Of a DNA stretch of 64,000 nucleotides, positions 50,301 to 62,800 are shown piece after piece; the stretch's first letter is position 1; every line of letters begins with the position of its first letter. The position numbers and the translations under genes are program-made. Under the pieces are notes generated by a model, which made no database searches, was not told the DNA's origin, and worked only from the letters and a program-made list of their open reading frames with translations. The stretch comes from Perna viridis. Lineage: Eukaryota. The stretch lies in the NCBI GenBank assembly GCA_037379345.1, contig CM074512.1, positions 9,982,001 to 10,046,000 on the forward strand. The letters run 5' to 3'.

Positions 50301-53300
50301 TGAGAGTATTTTATGAAAAGTATTGAAAGCTGCATGTTTCATAAACTTGAAAATAGCAGTCATGAAATTATTCATTATATAGATCAAATTAGTGAAATAA
50401 ATTTCCATAAGTAGAAAACAAAAAATCAGATTTAAAAAAAAAAAAAAACCAGAAGGATGGACAAAGGTAAAACATATGTTTCCAACCTTTTCATTGCAGG
50501 GACATAAAAAAAAAAACACACTAAAAAAAAACAAGCAAATAAAAAATATTGTGTCAATGATTCTCAAAAAGTTAGTCAGTGTAATAGAGCACAGCATTCC
50601 ATATTAAAATTAGCTAAATTCATAATCAGTAATGACAAAAATATTCTATTGTATGTGTTACATACTGTAGATATGTCTTTATTAGTGATTTTAACATCAA
50701 ATGTTATTTCCATGTCATGATCAGGAAAAGCAGAATGTCTACCATTTATATCTGGTCCTAAGCCACACACAGCTCCAATGTACCGCTTGTTCTCCTTGTC
50801 ACGTCTGTTAACCAAAGTAACCGTATAAAAACTTATAACAGAATACACATGTAAAATATCATTTGAGAATTTACGGTGAAAACATAAACTAGAAAAGGAA
50901 ATCAAGGGAACCAGGATTTAAACAATAATGAAAGGAAATAAAACAGGGATAATGACTAGACAAAGAAAACAGACACACATAACAAAGAACATGAAACTAA
51001 AATAATATGCAAGTAAAATTGTAAATGAGAAATTTTATAAACTGAAAATGAGTTTCCAATAATATAAATAGTCAATTCCCCTATGTATCATTGACATTGC
51101 TGCAAGGGTTTTCAATTTATAGTCTGAAAACATAAAATCACCACATTTTTGTATGAATAAAGTCGCAAAAATCAAAAACTAATAAAAGCAGACATTTATA
51201 AAAATCAAAAGGGAGCTTACATCAATAGAAAGAAACTATTGATAAAGTTTCACAAACAAGAGGCTCCCAGGAGCCTGAATCACTCACCTGGTTCAATTTT
51301 GCCTTTCAAAGGCAATAAATTTAACAAGAAGATGTCCAACAATTTTGACTCAAGAAGTCTGTGGTACGACTTATCATAAGATCTTTCCAACAATTGAAAG
51401 TTTCTATCTATCATAATTTTCAAGATATTGACTAAAAACTGTTATAAAAAAAGTAACTTTTCCCCTTTCAAGGAGTCATCTGACAACTTTTATCCCTGAA
51501 GACTTTTGTAGTCCTAATAATATGGATCATTTCAAGTATTGAAAGAATTTGGCTAAACCTAATGGTTTTGGAGATATATGCGTAAAACTACTGTCTGACC
51601 CTATGTTCTATTTTCAGTAATGGCTGCCATGTTTTTTGACAGATTAAAAATCCCTATACCAGTTCTATGCAGGATACACCAAGGAACATTCATACCAAGC
51701 TTAATTCCAATTGGTCAAGTAATGTCAGAGGAGATGACTTTTGAAAGAAATAACACTAAAAATAGCAAAAATCGTTGAAAAAGGGCAATAACTCCAACAT
51801 GGCTAAACGGATTAAAACCACAATTTGACCAAGCGTAGATCTCATCATGCTGAACACTTTTAGCCCTGTCAGAATTTAGCTAAATTGTACGGTTTAGGAG
51901 ATAAATGCCAAAAACTACTGTCTGACCCCTATGTTCTATTTTTAGTAATAGTGGCAATGTTTTTCGTCAAATCAAAAATCCCTACATCAGTTCTACGCAG
52001 TATCTCCAAAGGAACATTCATACCAAGTTTGGTTCTAATTAGTCAAGTAGTTTCAGAGGAGAAGATTTTTGTATAATTGTTAACGACGATGGACGCCAAA
52101 GGATGGCAATAGCTCACTTGGCCTTTGGCCAGGTCAGCTAAAAATGGATGCAGCACTTTTAAGTAATTGTAGGAAGTGTGAACAAAGGATAGACACTAGT
52201 TTTAATATAATTCTTTCCTTCTAGACAGTTGGGCATACAAAAATTGGTAACATGGACCAGTTTTTAGAAGAAATGTATCCATAGGACATATGTTCCTGCA
52301 TCTCTACAACTAAGAACAACAATTAAAAAATTTAATTGGATAAGCACTGAGCAAAAGTCTAAAACATTTGAAAATTGAATAAACTGAAGCATAAATAAAT
52401 TTTAAAGCAATGAATTTGACTATCAATTCCAAATGAAATCAAACTCATAAAAAATTACAAAACTATATAAATAAGCCACAAAACTGTTCAGGCAAACAGG
52501 AAGTACATGTGATACAAAGCAAAAACTCTTACACGAACTAAAACATCAAGATGAAGCAGAAAAATTTGCATCGAGCATTGCTGAGATTTTAGCAATGAGT
52601 TAATGGGACAAATATATCAACATATTATGCCCAACATTCCTATAAAATTTAATCCAATTCCCTGAAGTAGTTTAGGAGGAATTACTTACATGTAAAACCC
52701 TTAATTTAGATTATCTCCCTTTTGAGTCCTTTGACAGTAATTATATTTCTTCATGCACACCTACATGTGATACCCAACCATCATATAAAATTTTGTCAAA
52801 ATTGCTTGAGCGGTTTAGCAGGAGTTGTGCTTCAAGAAATATGGACTGACAGGGTGATTCTTAAATACCCCCATACTTTGTGGGGACATAATAATTGGTG
52901 TCAAAGATTGATGATCTTTATGTGAAAAAAACTCATTGTGAGCAGTAAAACACAATGCCTTTGACATCTAAAGACAAAGGCATAAACATTTTATTTTATT
53001 CCTTCGTTAAATGCACTAAGAGATTCCTTATTGCCTGAGCTGAATTAGTACACATTACATCACATCACATCTCACCACATCACCTAATGTTATATTTTTA
53101 CTATCTCCTCTTAACTTTGTAAAACATAAATAACACTAGTGAATTTGTATGCCTATACTTTATTGTAATTATCAATATCTCAGGAGAAGACTTCATAGGT
53201 ATGTTATTTTACTTGTGTCTGATCCATTTTGTTCATTACAAATAAAATATGTTTAAACTAAACTTACATTTTATTTTTTTACATGCAAAGTGATGGAAAC

Positions 53301-54567
53301 AGTTAAAATGGTAAGTGAAATCTGACGTACAGCTCCATCCAAAATGAGATGTTTGTTGGTCTTACCAAAAGGCTCAATTTGAAAGTTTTATTTTGTTCAT
53401 CAGTGTTCAATATATTTGATAAAAACTGGTGACCAAATTTGGTAACAATCCATTCAGTTTAGAAAAGTTGACCATGATGAAATCGACATACACATGCTGA
53501 TTACAATGGCTCACTTGAACCAAAGGTTAAATGAAAAATGTTCAGAATAGCATACACTAAATATACAAAAGTTACACAACATGTAGTACATGTAATAGAT
53601 CAAATAGACTTCTAATAAAAACAAAAACGAAGTTAAGAAAGGAAAGAGGAGGCAAAATTGTGATGAATGAACAAACAATCAAAACGATGGAATATAATAA
53701 AGCACACAATATACATCTTGAAATTCAACTACGACCTGAAATAAATGGTAAAAAATTACTTTCAAATCATTTAAAAATCTTGTTTAGCTTCTTGTGCTGC
53801 AATATTCAAAAACAGGGGGACTAGTTGATTCCTCAATGAATTGGGTTACAAAACCAGTAGACAAAACACACCTATCACTTTATACACCTAGTTATCAAAT
53901 TTAAAGAATCAATAATGCCACAGTGTATTTACCTGAGCTCTGCAACAGGACAAAACATGAGTGACATCAGAGATGGTAAACCTGGAAATGCTGGTAAGAT
54001 GGTTGTATCTCTAGCCACCATTGAAGACTGCGATGGGTTCAGATTAACAAATCCTGCTATCATTAATCGATCATACTGGTTCTCAGGTTCAGCATCAACA
54101 GCCACAGAGTTCACACTGTCTGGGTCTAACTTTACAGATCTGAGATAAACATATCAAAGTAGATGTATATTACTACAACAGTAACCACATAATCAAATGT
54201 CCTCACCCTGAAATGCATGAAATTTTACAGCAATAGGACATAAAAGCACAATCAATCATGTTTTAAAGTCAAAACCTAAGATAGCCACTTGAAGCAGTTT
54301 TGTTCAATCAAGTAAGTAAATCATGTGTAGAACTCCATCCATATAACTTTTTTTCACGTTTGATTAAAATTTACATAGAGGTTTCTGAGGATTTTAATTT
54401 AAAGATATCAGCTCAGATGGACCTTGGGTACAAATCATAATTCCAATTTGTACTACAATGTATTCCTGATCCCACTGATTTGTAACATAGACTTACCTTA
54501 ATCTTCCTACACTTGTCATACTGGAAAACATCATTTCATATGGATTGTGAGGACCATTAAGTTTTTG
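44229..54567 (-). CDS. TDRD9: ATP-dependent RNA helicase TDRD9 / spindle-E, 3' seven coding exons (5' part outside window)
   Basis: complement(join(44229-44358,46420-46586,49373-49442,50057-50172,50666-50804,53933-54139,54497-54567)), GT-AG, consistent phases. Peptides LNGPHNPYEM, DSVNSV, RDTTILPAFPGLPSLMSLMFCPVAELR, YIGAVCGLG, FPDHDMEITFDV, INGVRAAIN, PYTWNQVDP, LHK match the TDRD9/Spn-E C-terminal region. Confidence 0.92.
45434..46325 (-). mobile_element. Composite of Helentron-like fragments with three ~135-bp internal repeats
   Basis: AACAAGAGTCTCCCAGGAGCCTGAATTGCTCACCTGG end; three copies of AAAGG..TACATCAATAGATAT..ACAATTCACCAAAGTTTCAT; GACGG-rich tract then CCATAATACGTCC..ATAAAAA. Confidence 0.6.
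46420..46586 (-). CDS. TDRD9: TDRD9 exon
   Basis: VDPDDLLETSLENTPANSKLLNLHKAQILEEEMLVDKSNPEYLKKHAEWLNTVSK. Confidence 0.88.
47212..49019 (-). mobile_element. Helentron-like element with internal ~300-bp tandem array
   Basis: AAGAGGCTCCCAGGAGCCTGAATCACTCACCTGG at one end, CAGGTGAGCTAAAAA at ~48714 and ~49005; about five copies of GGGCAATAACTCCAAC..GATCTCATCATGCTGAACACTTT..CTGTCTGACCCCTATGTTCT. Confidence 0.75.
49373..49442 (-). CDS. TDRD9: TDRD9 exon
   Basis: VIAQRRREPVEPVHYDRPYTWNQ. Confidence 0.88.
50057..50172 (-). CDS. TDRD9: TDRD9 exon
   Basis: INGVRAAINLAIGNEEKVSTWSLDAIYRIQEASRKKLLE. Confidence 0.9.
50666..50804 (-). CDS. TDRD9: TDRD9 exon
   Basis: RDKENKRYIGAVCGLGPDINGRHSAFPDHDMEITFDVKITNKDIST. 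Confidence 0.92.
50892..51017 (-). mobile_element. Short 3' tail fragment of the Penelope-like element
   Basis: Reverse complement resembles 24105-24232 (TTATTTTAGTT..TGTTCTTTGTT..GTCTGTTTTC..GGTTCCCTTGATT). Confidence 0.55.
51255..52144 (-). mobile_element. Helentron-like element (two internal units), nested in another repeat
   Basis: Same termini and unit as 47212-49019; interrupts a copy of the 135-bp-unit repeat at an A-run. Confidence 0.75.
53933..54139 (-). CDS. TDRD9: TDRD9 exon
   Basis: SVKLDPDSVNSVAVDAEPENQYDRLMIAG...MFCPVAELR. Confidence 0.92.
54497..54567 (-). CDS. TDRD9: TDRD9 exon
   Basis: QKLNGPHNPYEMMFSSMTSVGRLR. Confidence 0.9.
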
Positions 54568-54925
54568 CTGAAAAGAAATTTCTAGTAAAATACAAACAGA
54601 ATGTTGATGAAATTCTGTGATTGTATTTAGACTATTATTTTCATACCCCCTACTTGAAAAGTGGGAGGTATACAGTGATCATTCTATCCATCCAACCGTG
54701 TCCAAAAATGGAAAACATGGTTACTTCAAGTACATTCACTTGATGTTTGGTCATTTGTTTAATTGATGCAGTTATGTACCTTTTATTGTTACAATTCATC
54801 TATGAGGAATGCCTCATTTTTATTTGCTTTTTACACCATATATAATTAGACTCATATTCAGATTCCAAGAACCACAACTGTGGAGGTAAAAAGTATAATG
54901 TACTTAACTATATAATAATCTATCA

Positions 54926-55079
54926 CAGAGCATGAAATAAAGGTTAACGGTTCAAAGAGCATGAGATAAAGGTTAACGGTTCACAGAGCATGAGATAAAG
55001 GTTAACGGTTCACAGAGCATGAGATAAAGGTTAACGGTTCAAAGAGCATGAGATAAAGGTTAACTGTTCAAAGAGCATG
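54926..55079. repeat. Tandem repeat, 29 bp x ~5.3
   Basis: AGAGCATGAGATAAAGGTTAACGGTTCAC. Confidence 0.9.
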
Positions 55080-55297
55080 TAATATGTCTATTACTATTTG
55101 AAGAAATTATATCAGTTTATATAGGTCAATTAAATAGTTAATTCATACATAATCTGCACTCGTTGTTTTATCATGTGAAATGATAGAACAAATTACAAAC
55201 ATGAATGTATAAATCAATCAACTGTGCACACAAGAAATCTGTTAAAGTTCAAAGGTAACAGCTTTTTGAAATCAACTAAAATAATTTATCTTCATGA

Positions 55298-58200
55298 CCC
55301 TTTGCCTGCGCTAAGGACACATATGTCCTTCGTCGGCTGAATGCAGTAAGGATATATGTCCTTTGTCAGCTGAATGCAGTAAGGACATACATGTCAATCA
55401 GGAAAGAAAATTTCTTTACAAAAATAAATTACAATTAAGACCAATAAAAAGACGAAAAATTACAGTTTTGTATTTTTAACAAGTTGCTAAGTAATTTTCA
55501 TAGCAAATCTTGATGTCATGAACATGATGATGTCATATGTGAAAAGACGTAATGAAGTGTTTGACTTCTTAATCAAAATGGACGAAAAATTTGACGATAA
55601 TGGATCAGATATCAGCCTATACGAGGAGAGTGATGAAGAAACTGACAAAGAAAATTATCAAGATTTAAACCCTGAACATTGCAGGATGCTGACAGTTTTG
55701 AATTTCCACATGATATTGAACCTTTTGCGGACCAGTTAATCCTCCCCTGTTAGAACTTCTGAACCACTTGAATATTTCCTTTGGTTCTTTTCTAATGACA
55801 ATACTTTGACATTCTTGTAAGAAACAAATCCGTATGCCAATAAAATTCTGAACACTAACAACTTCAAACCAAATTCAAGATTAAATAAATGGGAAGATGT
55901 TAATCATGAAGAAATGTCTGCTTTTCTTGGACTTTGGTTGTCCATGGGCATTATCCATAAACCCATTTTGGCATCTTATTGGTGTGAAAGTCAGCAAATC
56001 TGGTTATACAATACACCGACATTTCCTAAGGTAATGTGGCGAGTTCAATATTTTTGCAATGTTTACAAGCAAACAATAATGCAGGTGCTTTACCCAGGGG
56101 AAATCCTAACCATGATCCTGCTCACAAGGTTTGCAGAATTTTTTATCTGACAAATAATGTTTTTAAGGAGAAGTATGCAGCACGATATTTAACGGTTGAC
56201 AAGAGTATGGTTGGACATAAAGATCAAGATTACACAGTAAAGTATATGCCAGCTAAAAAGGCCCATCGGTGGGGTGCTGAATTGTGGGTGCTTGCAGTCT
56301 GACACAGGCTACAGTTGAAGCCTAGATCTGTACACGGGTATGTATATATATATCAACAATGTCTGATTTTGTATGAACAATTATACTATAATGATATTTA
56401 TAAAAGAGTTCAATTTATTGTGGGAGTAAGAAAGTAATTTGATAAGGATACTGACTGTGTATTTATCAAAATGCAAACCTAAGCCCTTTAAATTAAAATA
56501 AATCAAAAATATATTTGTATGACAAACAATCCATTCATTACTTTGCTGTATAGTTTCCTACATACAACTTATAAAACCATTCGACCAAGAAAAAAAGATT
56601 ACCCAAATTGTGACACCACTTGGTCTAAAATTCCCAGATATTTTTTCCTGGAATTTCGATTGAATCCAAGCGTATAAACATTCAAATTGACTCCTCATGT
56701 ATAAATTATGTTCACCATATATATGTACGTCTCTTGCTGTTGAGAATTTCTTTTTCTTATCCCTCCCCCAAAGAACTTTTTATCATTGTATGCACTTGAA
56801 TGAAGTAATCATGGTTTATTTTAGGAAAGCAAAACATTGTGCAGAGAGAAACGGTGTACATAGATTTGGATATGATGTCGTTACCAAGTTGGTCGAACCT
56901 TTCTATGGAAAATATTATCATGTAGTGGTTGACAATGGTTTTACGAGCCCAGTTTTAAGCCATGATCTGTTTGGTAACCAAACCTACTTGACGGGAACAG
57001 TGAGGAACACAAGATGGAACATGCCAAGAAGCTTCAGAAACATGAAACTACAGAAAGGTGAACGAATTGTGTGACAGTCCAGTGAAATAATGGCTCTAAG
57101 TACGGAGATAAGATGGTGTGCCTTTTGCCTACTATATAACCTCCAAGGTAATCCTAGTGCACTTATTTTTTGTCTTAAACAAATAATTCAGTCACAAAAT
57201 ATAGTCTTCCTTATTATACATTGTACATAAGTGTAATTTCAAAATAACAAATATCATACTTCTTTCAGTTTGGAAAATTATACAATTAAGAGGCGTTGAA
57301 CACGATGTTCCAAAAGCAGTTGTCATGTATAACAAATTAATGGGAGGTTTTAATCTGGCAGACAAGATGCTGACAACTTATGACCCAAATGTGAAGTCTG
57401 TAAAATTATGGAAGAAACTTACGATGAACGTACTTCTTAGAATTACCGTTAAGTTTACCGAGATTTTTTTAGTGGGAAAACATATTGTTTTGGCTGCGCT
57501 GGTCTGTCTGTCCGTCTGCCAGTCACAACTTAGTATGCGCAATTCCTTGGAATTTCATGAAACTTTGTAGGTAGTTTGGACGATAAAGATGTAGATATTA
57601 CCTCCTATTTTACAAAAAGTCATCATATACCGGTAGAACTTCAAATTAATATTTAGAGCTTTTATATCAGGACTAATTTACTATCAGTTAATATCAGCTA
57701 AAGGAATATATGTATGTACATCATTTGTATTTCAAAATGAATATGACATTTCAGTAAATAACTACATTGTATAACTACAAAATTGAGGGCTTGTGAGCAA
57801 AATGTCAAGGCTGGACTTTACAAGTCAACTATACCAGGGGCTAATTGGAGATTTAAACATGCACTCGTCATTGTCTTTTTATGACTCAGACCGTCAATTT
57901 TATACATCATAATTGTGTCTGTTATAAAAAATCAGCATCCAGATCATTATTTAGTCCTGGCTATAACTTCTTTAAATAATTTGCATATAGCTCAAAACAG
58001 TAAATTGTTTACCAAACAAATATCTACGAGGATCTCTAAACCATGGCAAAATATTTGAATTATCTCTCACGATACAGCGCTCAGAACTAAAGGTACATTA
58101 AAATAACATTGGAGCACATGTACAATATATCTAGAGGCACTGAACATAATTCCATAACAGTTCTTGGTATACTTATGAGACTGGAATGAAAACTTAACCA

Positions 58201-58400
58201 TAAATCTTCTAGTAGTCAAACATTTTACTTTTATTTTGCCTATTTTGCCATTCACGAAGAATTCTCTCTATACATTTTTTTTCTTTTCTAGATAAAAAAA
58301 CGTAAAGTATGCAAAGAAGAAGGTGTCCTGATGATGTGTGTAACGTTGGGTTATATTTTGGAGATTGCTTCCAATCATTCCATACAAGGGTGACACAAGA
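55298..58400 (+). mobile_element. Decayed piggyBac transposon (PGBD4-like transposase pseudogene, apparently intron-containing)
   Basis: CCCTTTGCCTGCG left end; acidic N-terminus; EEMSAFLGL..MG, LTVDKSMV, YMPAKKAHRWG, HVVVDNGFTS, GTVRNTR, YNKLMGGFNLADKM, WKKL, terminal CNVGL..DCFQSFH; many stops and frameshifts; right TIR not identified. Confidence 0.85.
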
Positions 58401-59899
58401 ATGATTGTACTATGTAAATGTAAATGGAGCATTAAATTAAGAACAAACCATTATTTGTAGAGAAAGAAAAGATCGCAAAATATGTCTGATTACACAATCA
58501 TCATTGAAATTCATGTGGACAGATTGATGTATTTAGTGGTCAAAAATTTATATAAACTAAATATTTTTCACAGAAGATTTGTCAATAAATGAGTATAAAA
58601 AGCTAAATTAGACTTAATTTTACTATAATGATTGATTGAAGATCCACAAAGGTTAAAAAATCATTAGTGTGTCATCATGAGATGTTGTGGGGCTATTAAA
58701 ATCCCCACAAAAATTACAATGCACAAACAAACCTGTTATAAAGAGCACAATGAAAATAAACATAGCACATAACAACTGATAAATTTGAAAACGTGGCATC
58801 AAAAGAAGATATCTCCTCACCAAAAAAAAAAAAAAAAATCAACAAAAATACTGCCTTGTCTAAAAGGATCAATTTATTAAGAAAATTTTTTTCATGACTT
58901 TTGATTTAAGACAGAAGTATGAAACAACAAATATTATATTTGTCTTTCTAAGGTACTATCAACCATACAAAATACAACTGCTAGTTATAAGGTTCTGCTG
59001 GCTTGTCATAATGATCATTTCGTCCATTTCAAGTCTAATACGATCTTATGGTTTTCATGTGAAATAAGGGAAGGTTTTTTTTTGCATTTTTAGAGGATAC
59101 TGAATACCACATTTTGGTGAGTATAATGCATATTTATGTTTTTTTACGCAGTGCAATTTTGAAGGTCAAAATGAGTGAATTTTTTTTTTTTTTAAGACAC
59201 AGATTGCAGTATTTCCTACAAGAACGTGAAGGAAAGAAATGTATATTCACACTAAAACATCATGTAAAGATGGATGAAATGGCTTATAAAACAAAATTAA
59301 AAGTCGCGAAAGTCAGACATTTCCAGTTTGGCTGTAACTCAAATTTCATGATTTTTCATTTTAAAATGTGCCTTTAAGGTAGAAAATTGTTAGAAATAAT
59401 CCAAATTAGTTTCAAAATACTCATTTTTCGTGGCCTGGCTCACCCACTAAAATCATGAAAATTGGTACCCCACAAACAATAGTACTCTCACAGTATTTAC
59501 CAATCAATTTTTATATATTAATGCATAATATGCAACCCCCATACTCTGGAAATGATTTCTATGCAAAAATATGTGCATTATACACACCAAAATACAGTAA
59601 CTTACAACTTAACTTTGGGGCCTTACGAGGGGGATCATTTCACCTTATTCATAATGGGTACAAAAAATCAGAATACAGTAAAAAGGGACATTACTGGCTT
59701 TTCAAGGACAACAACTACCATAAGATGTTATATAATTAAATCTCCACAGAAACTATATTAGGCTTTGTCAAAAGGTTCATTTCAACTTTGAAAAAATTTT
59801 CTTATCTTGTACAGATCAAATAACAGGACCTCAAAACTGCAAAATTAGTTGTTTTATCTTCAAAAGATTGAGTTAAACAACTTTCACCAAATGCAGGCT

Positions 59900-62800
59900 T
59901 TCGGTAACTTTACAAGCTGATTAAGAAAGGTTGCCAGGTAATTGTGAAAAAAGGAGGATGGCAAGATGTTCAAAATGGCTTTACTCCAAAACTGCATCTT
60001 GGAGGTTGTAGGTTCTGTGGATAGTAATAGAGTAATCCCTACTTTAGGTACGGTAACTCTTACAGTATCTAGGCCAGTAGACACCATGGGTTCAGTTTCC
60101 TGTTCCACTGGTGTTTCTATGGGTCTAAATTTACCTGGTTCAAGACCTCCACTTTCTTACTGTGGTGTTACTTTGCCATCCTCGGCTAATAACCTCATGC
60201 CTTGGTCAAGACATCCCTGGCCACAGACTTACCCTTACCCAGGTTTTCCTGGTCAGGTTTTTCCAGGTTTCTGGCCTTGTGGTCCTCAATGCACTCCTAG
60301 TTTGTCAACCCCTGCTCCTTCTGTAGCAGTGCCTTCTAATAGTGTTACTATACCTGCTTCTGTTAGGTGTCAGTCTAATCAGGTTACTAACTCTGCCCCT
60401 CATTATAGTGTTTTAGATGACTTTCATCAATCCATATCTTCTGAATTTGTTGCTTTCTCCAATCACCTCGCAGCTTTGGAGAAAAATACCAACCAAACCA
60501 CACCTAGCTCCTCTATGACTCCACTTCCTACAGTTCACAACCCTGAAAGTGAACACGAGGATAGTGATGATGAGGAATGCTTTTCAGTGGCCCCCAGGTA
60601 GTCAGGAAGGTAATTTTTCTCTGATGAAGAAGGTGAAATTAGGGATCAGGTTCCTCAGAATGTTTCTGTTTGTAATACTGCTCCTTCTGTTATTGGTCGT
60701 TCTCTTACCAATTTCAACAAGGCTGCTTAAAGTGAGGATACTCCTTCTTTGAAGGATCTAAGAGATTCAGTTTACTCTATTATAAAAGATGTCAATAAGG
60801 TACCTTTTCAGTCGTCTCCCAAATCTCACTTCTTGTGGTATGTCTAATGACCTACCTAAGTCTCATACTAGTTTCCCAGAATCCTATCACATGTCTACTT
60901 CTCTTCAGATTATTAATGAAGGTATCAGAGCCAACGAGTCTCACTTTTCAAAGGTAAGTGGTTTTGGTATAAATTCCTTTAATGATCATTTCCGATCTAG
61001 GGATTATGATATTTTCAATTGTACTTTGGGTAAGTTGGTTCCTTCTTGTGATAAAGCTTGTTCTTCTTCAATTAATTCAAGGCCTGTGGACGGACTGTGT
61101 CTTTTTCAGTCTGTCTGGTCTAAAACTGAGAATCTTCTTAGAAGTGCTTCTCATGTAATAGGTACAGCAGAACATTATTTGTCTGCTGTAGCCCCCTTAC
61201 TGAAAGATATTGCTCTTCTTCCTGAAGTAAAACCATTTTTACTGCAGGTTGATGAAGCTCTAGGCTCTTCTCAGCTCTTACTAATGGGAAGTTTGGCAAA
61301 CTTTACCTTATCCAAAAGGTCTGAGGTCTGGATAAAGCTAGAGTTTCAGACAGCATGAAGGATTCTTTATTGAAATCTCCATTGGACGACAAACCTTTTG
61401 GTTTGCCTCTTGATGAGATTCAGAAACAGCTCAGTCATGCTCCAGCACCAGTAAAGGTGAACGTTTCTATCTCAGGAAATAATTCAAAGAGAGGTGGTTG
61501 TTCTACTGGTGGTTCTTCCTTTCTTTCCACAGAAGGAGAAGGAAGGTTTTCATTGAGGGTGGTATGAAAGGTGGTTCTAAGAAAACGGTTACTTAACACC
61601 AAACAGGTAATTTTACAGGCGGTAAGAGGTCCGATCCTTCTACCTAGGAAGTTGCCCTCCTGTACATTACTGACAAAACCCAATCCAGAGGTTTTTTTTA
61701 CAAAACTCCTCTTTCTCAAATCTCAGTAGAGGGGAGGTTAACTCATTATCTGTCGATATGGAAAGATATTACCTCAGATTGTTGGGTATTGTCAGTAATT
61801 AAGGGGGAATAACTTTAAACTTCAAGGAACTACCACCTCTTTCACCAGTTCCTATTCCACTGTCCAACACGACTCATCTGCAAAATAATCTCTTCTATCA
61901 GCAGAGATAGATTGTCTTTTGACAAAGAAGGCAATAGAGGAAAATCCTGTAACATCAATAGATCCAGGTTTCTATTCTTGGATTTTCCTTGTTTCATAAA
62001 AAACAAGAGGAATGAGATCAGTCATCGAGCTGTCCATTCTCAACCTTTATCTGGTTGTTCCCCATTTCAAGATGGAGACCAATCGTTCTATCAGAGCTTC
62101 AATACTTCCAGGTATGTGGACCACTTCCCTGAATTTGACAGAGGCTTATTTCTATATTCCAATACGTCCTTCTTACTGAAAATTTCTTCGTTTTGTCTGG
62201 AACGAGGTTTACAAATTCAGAGCGTTCAGGCCATTCAGATTCATTTTTATCTAGATGATTCTCTTTTGAAAGAACTTTCTCACGACAAGCCTCTAGGGAA
62301 TACGAATCTAGTCATCAAACTGTTTCTTTCCCTAGGGTTCCTCATTTCTTGGAAAATGTTAGATCTGATTTCTTCTCAGGACTTCAATTTTCTGGGAGAA
62401 CATTACCTGACTCATCTAGGACTACTTCTACCTCCTCAGGAAAAATTTCAGAATCTCAACTTGAAAATTCATCAGTTTCTTTCCCAGGAAACAGTTTCTG
62501 CTCGACAATTTTCTCAGCTACTAGGTCTCTTGAACTCTTAAGCAGATGTTGTTCCTCTTGGTCGACTACATATTTGACTTCTCCAGTTTTATTTACTTCA
62601 ACATTGGTGCCCTTCTTCTCAGAATTGAGAATATCAAATTCCAATTATTCCTCAGGAATTGTCTCCACATCTTTTATGGTGGACTGTTGAAGAGAATGTT
62701 TTGAAAGGCCAGCTTCTGTCCTTTCCAGCTCCCAATCAGACTGTTTACAGATGCCTCCAACCTCTGTTGGGTGGGGGGGCATATCTGGAAGGACATTCAG

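Noticed and set aside
54926-55079. 29-bp repeat resembling the acceptor region of the TDRD9 exon at 54139
   Set aside because: The match is short (TTTATCTCA..TCTGT) and the repeat is not adjacent to that exon; likely chance.
59596-59760. Candidate upstream TDRD9 exon ending at a GTAAGT donor
   Set aside because: The required phase-0 frame has a stop codon just upstream and no TDRD9-like sequence.
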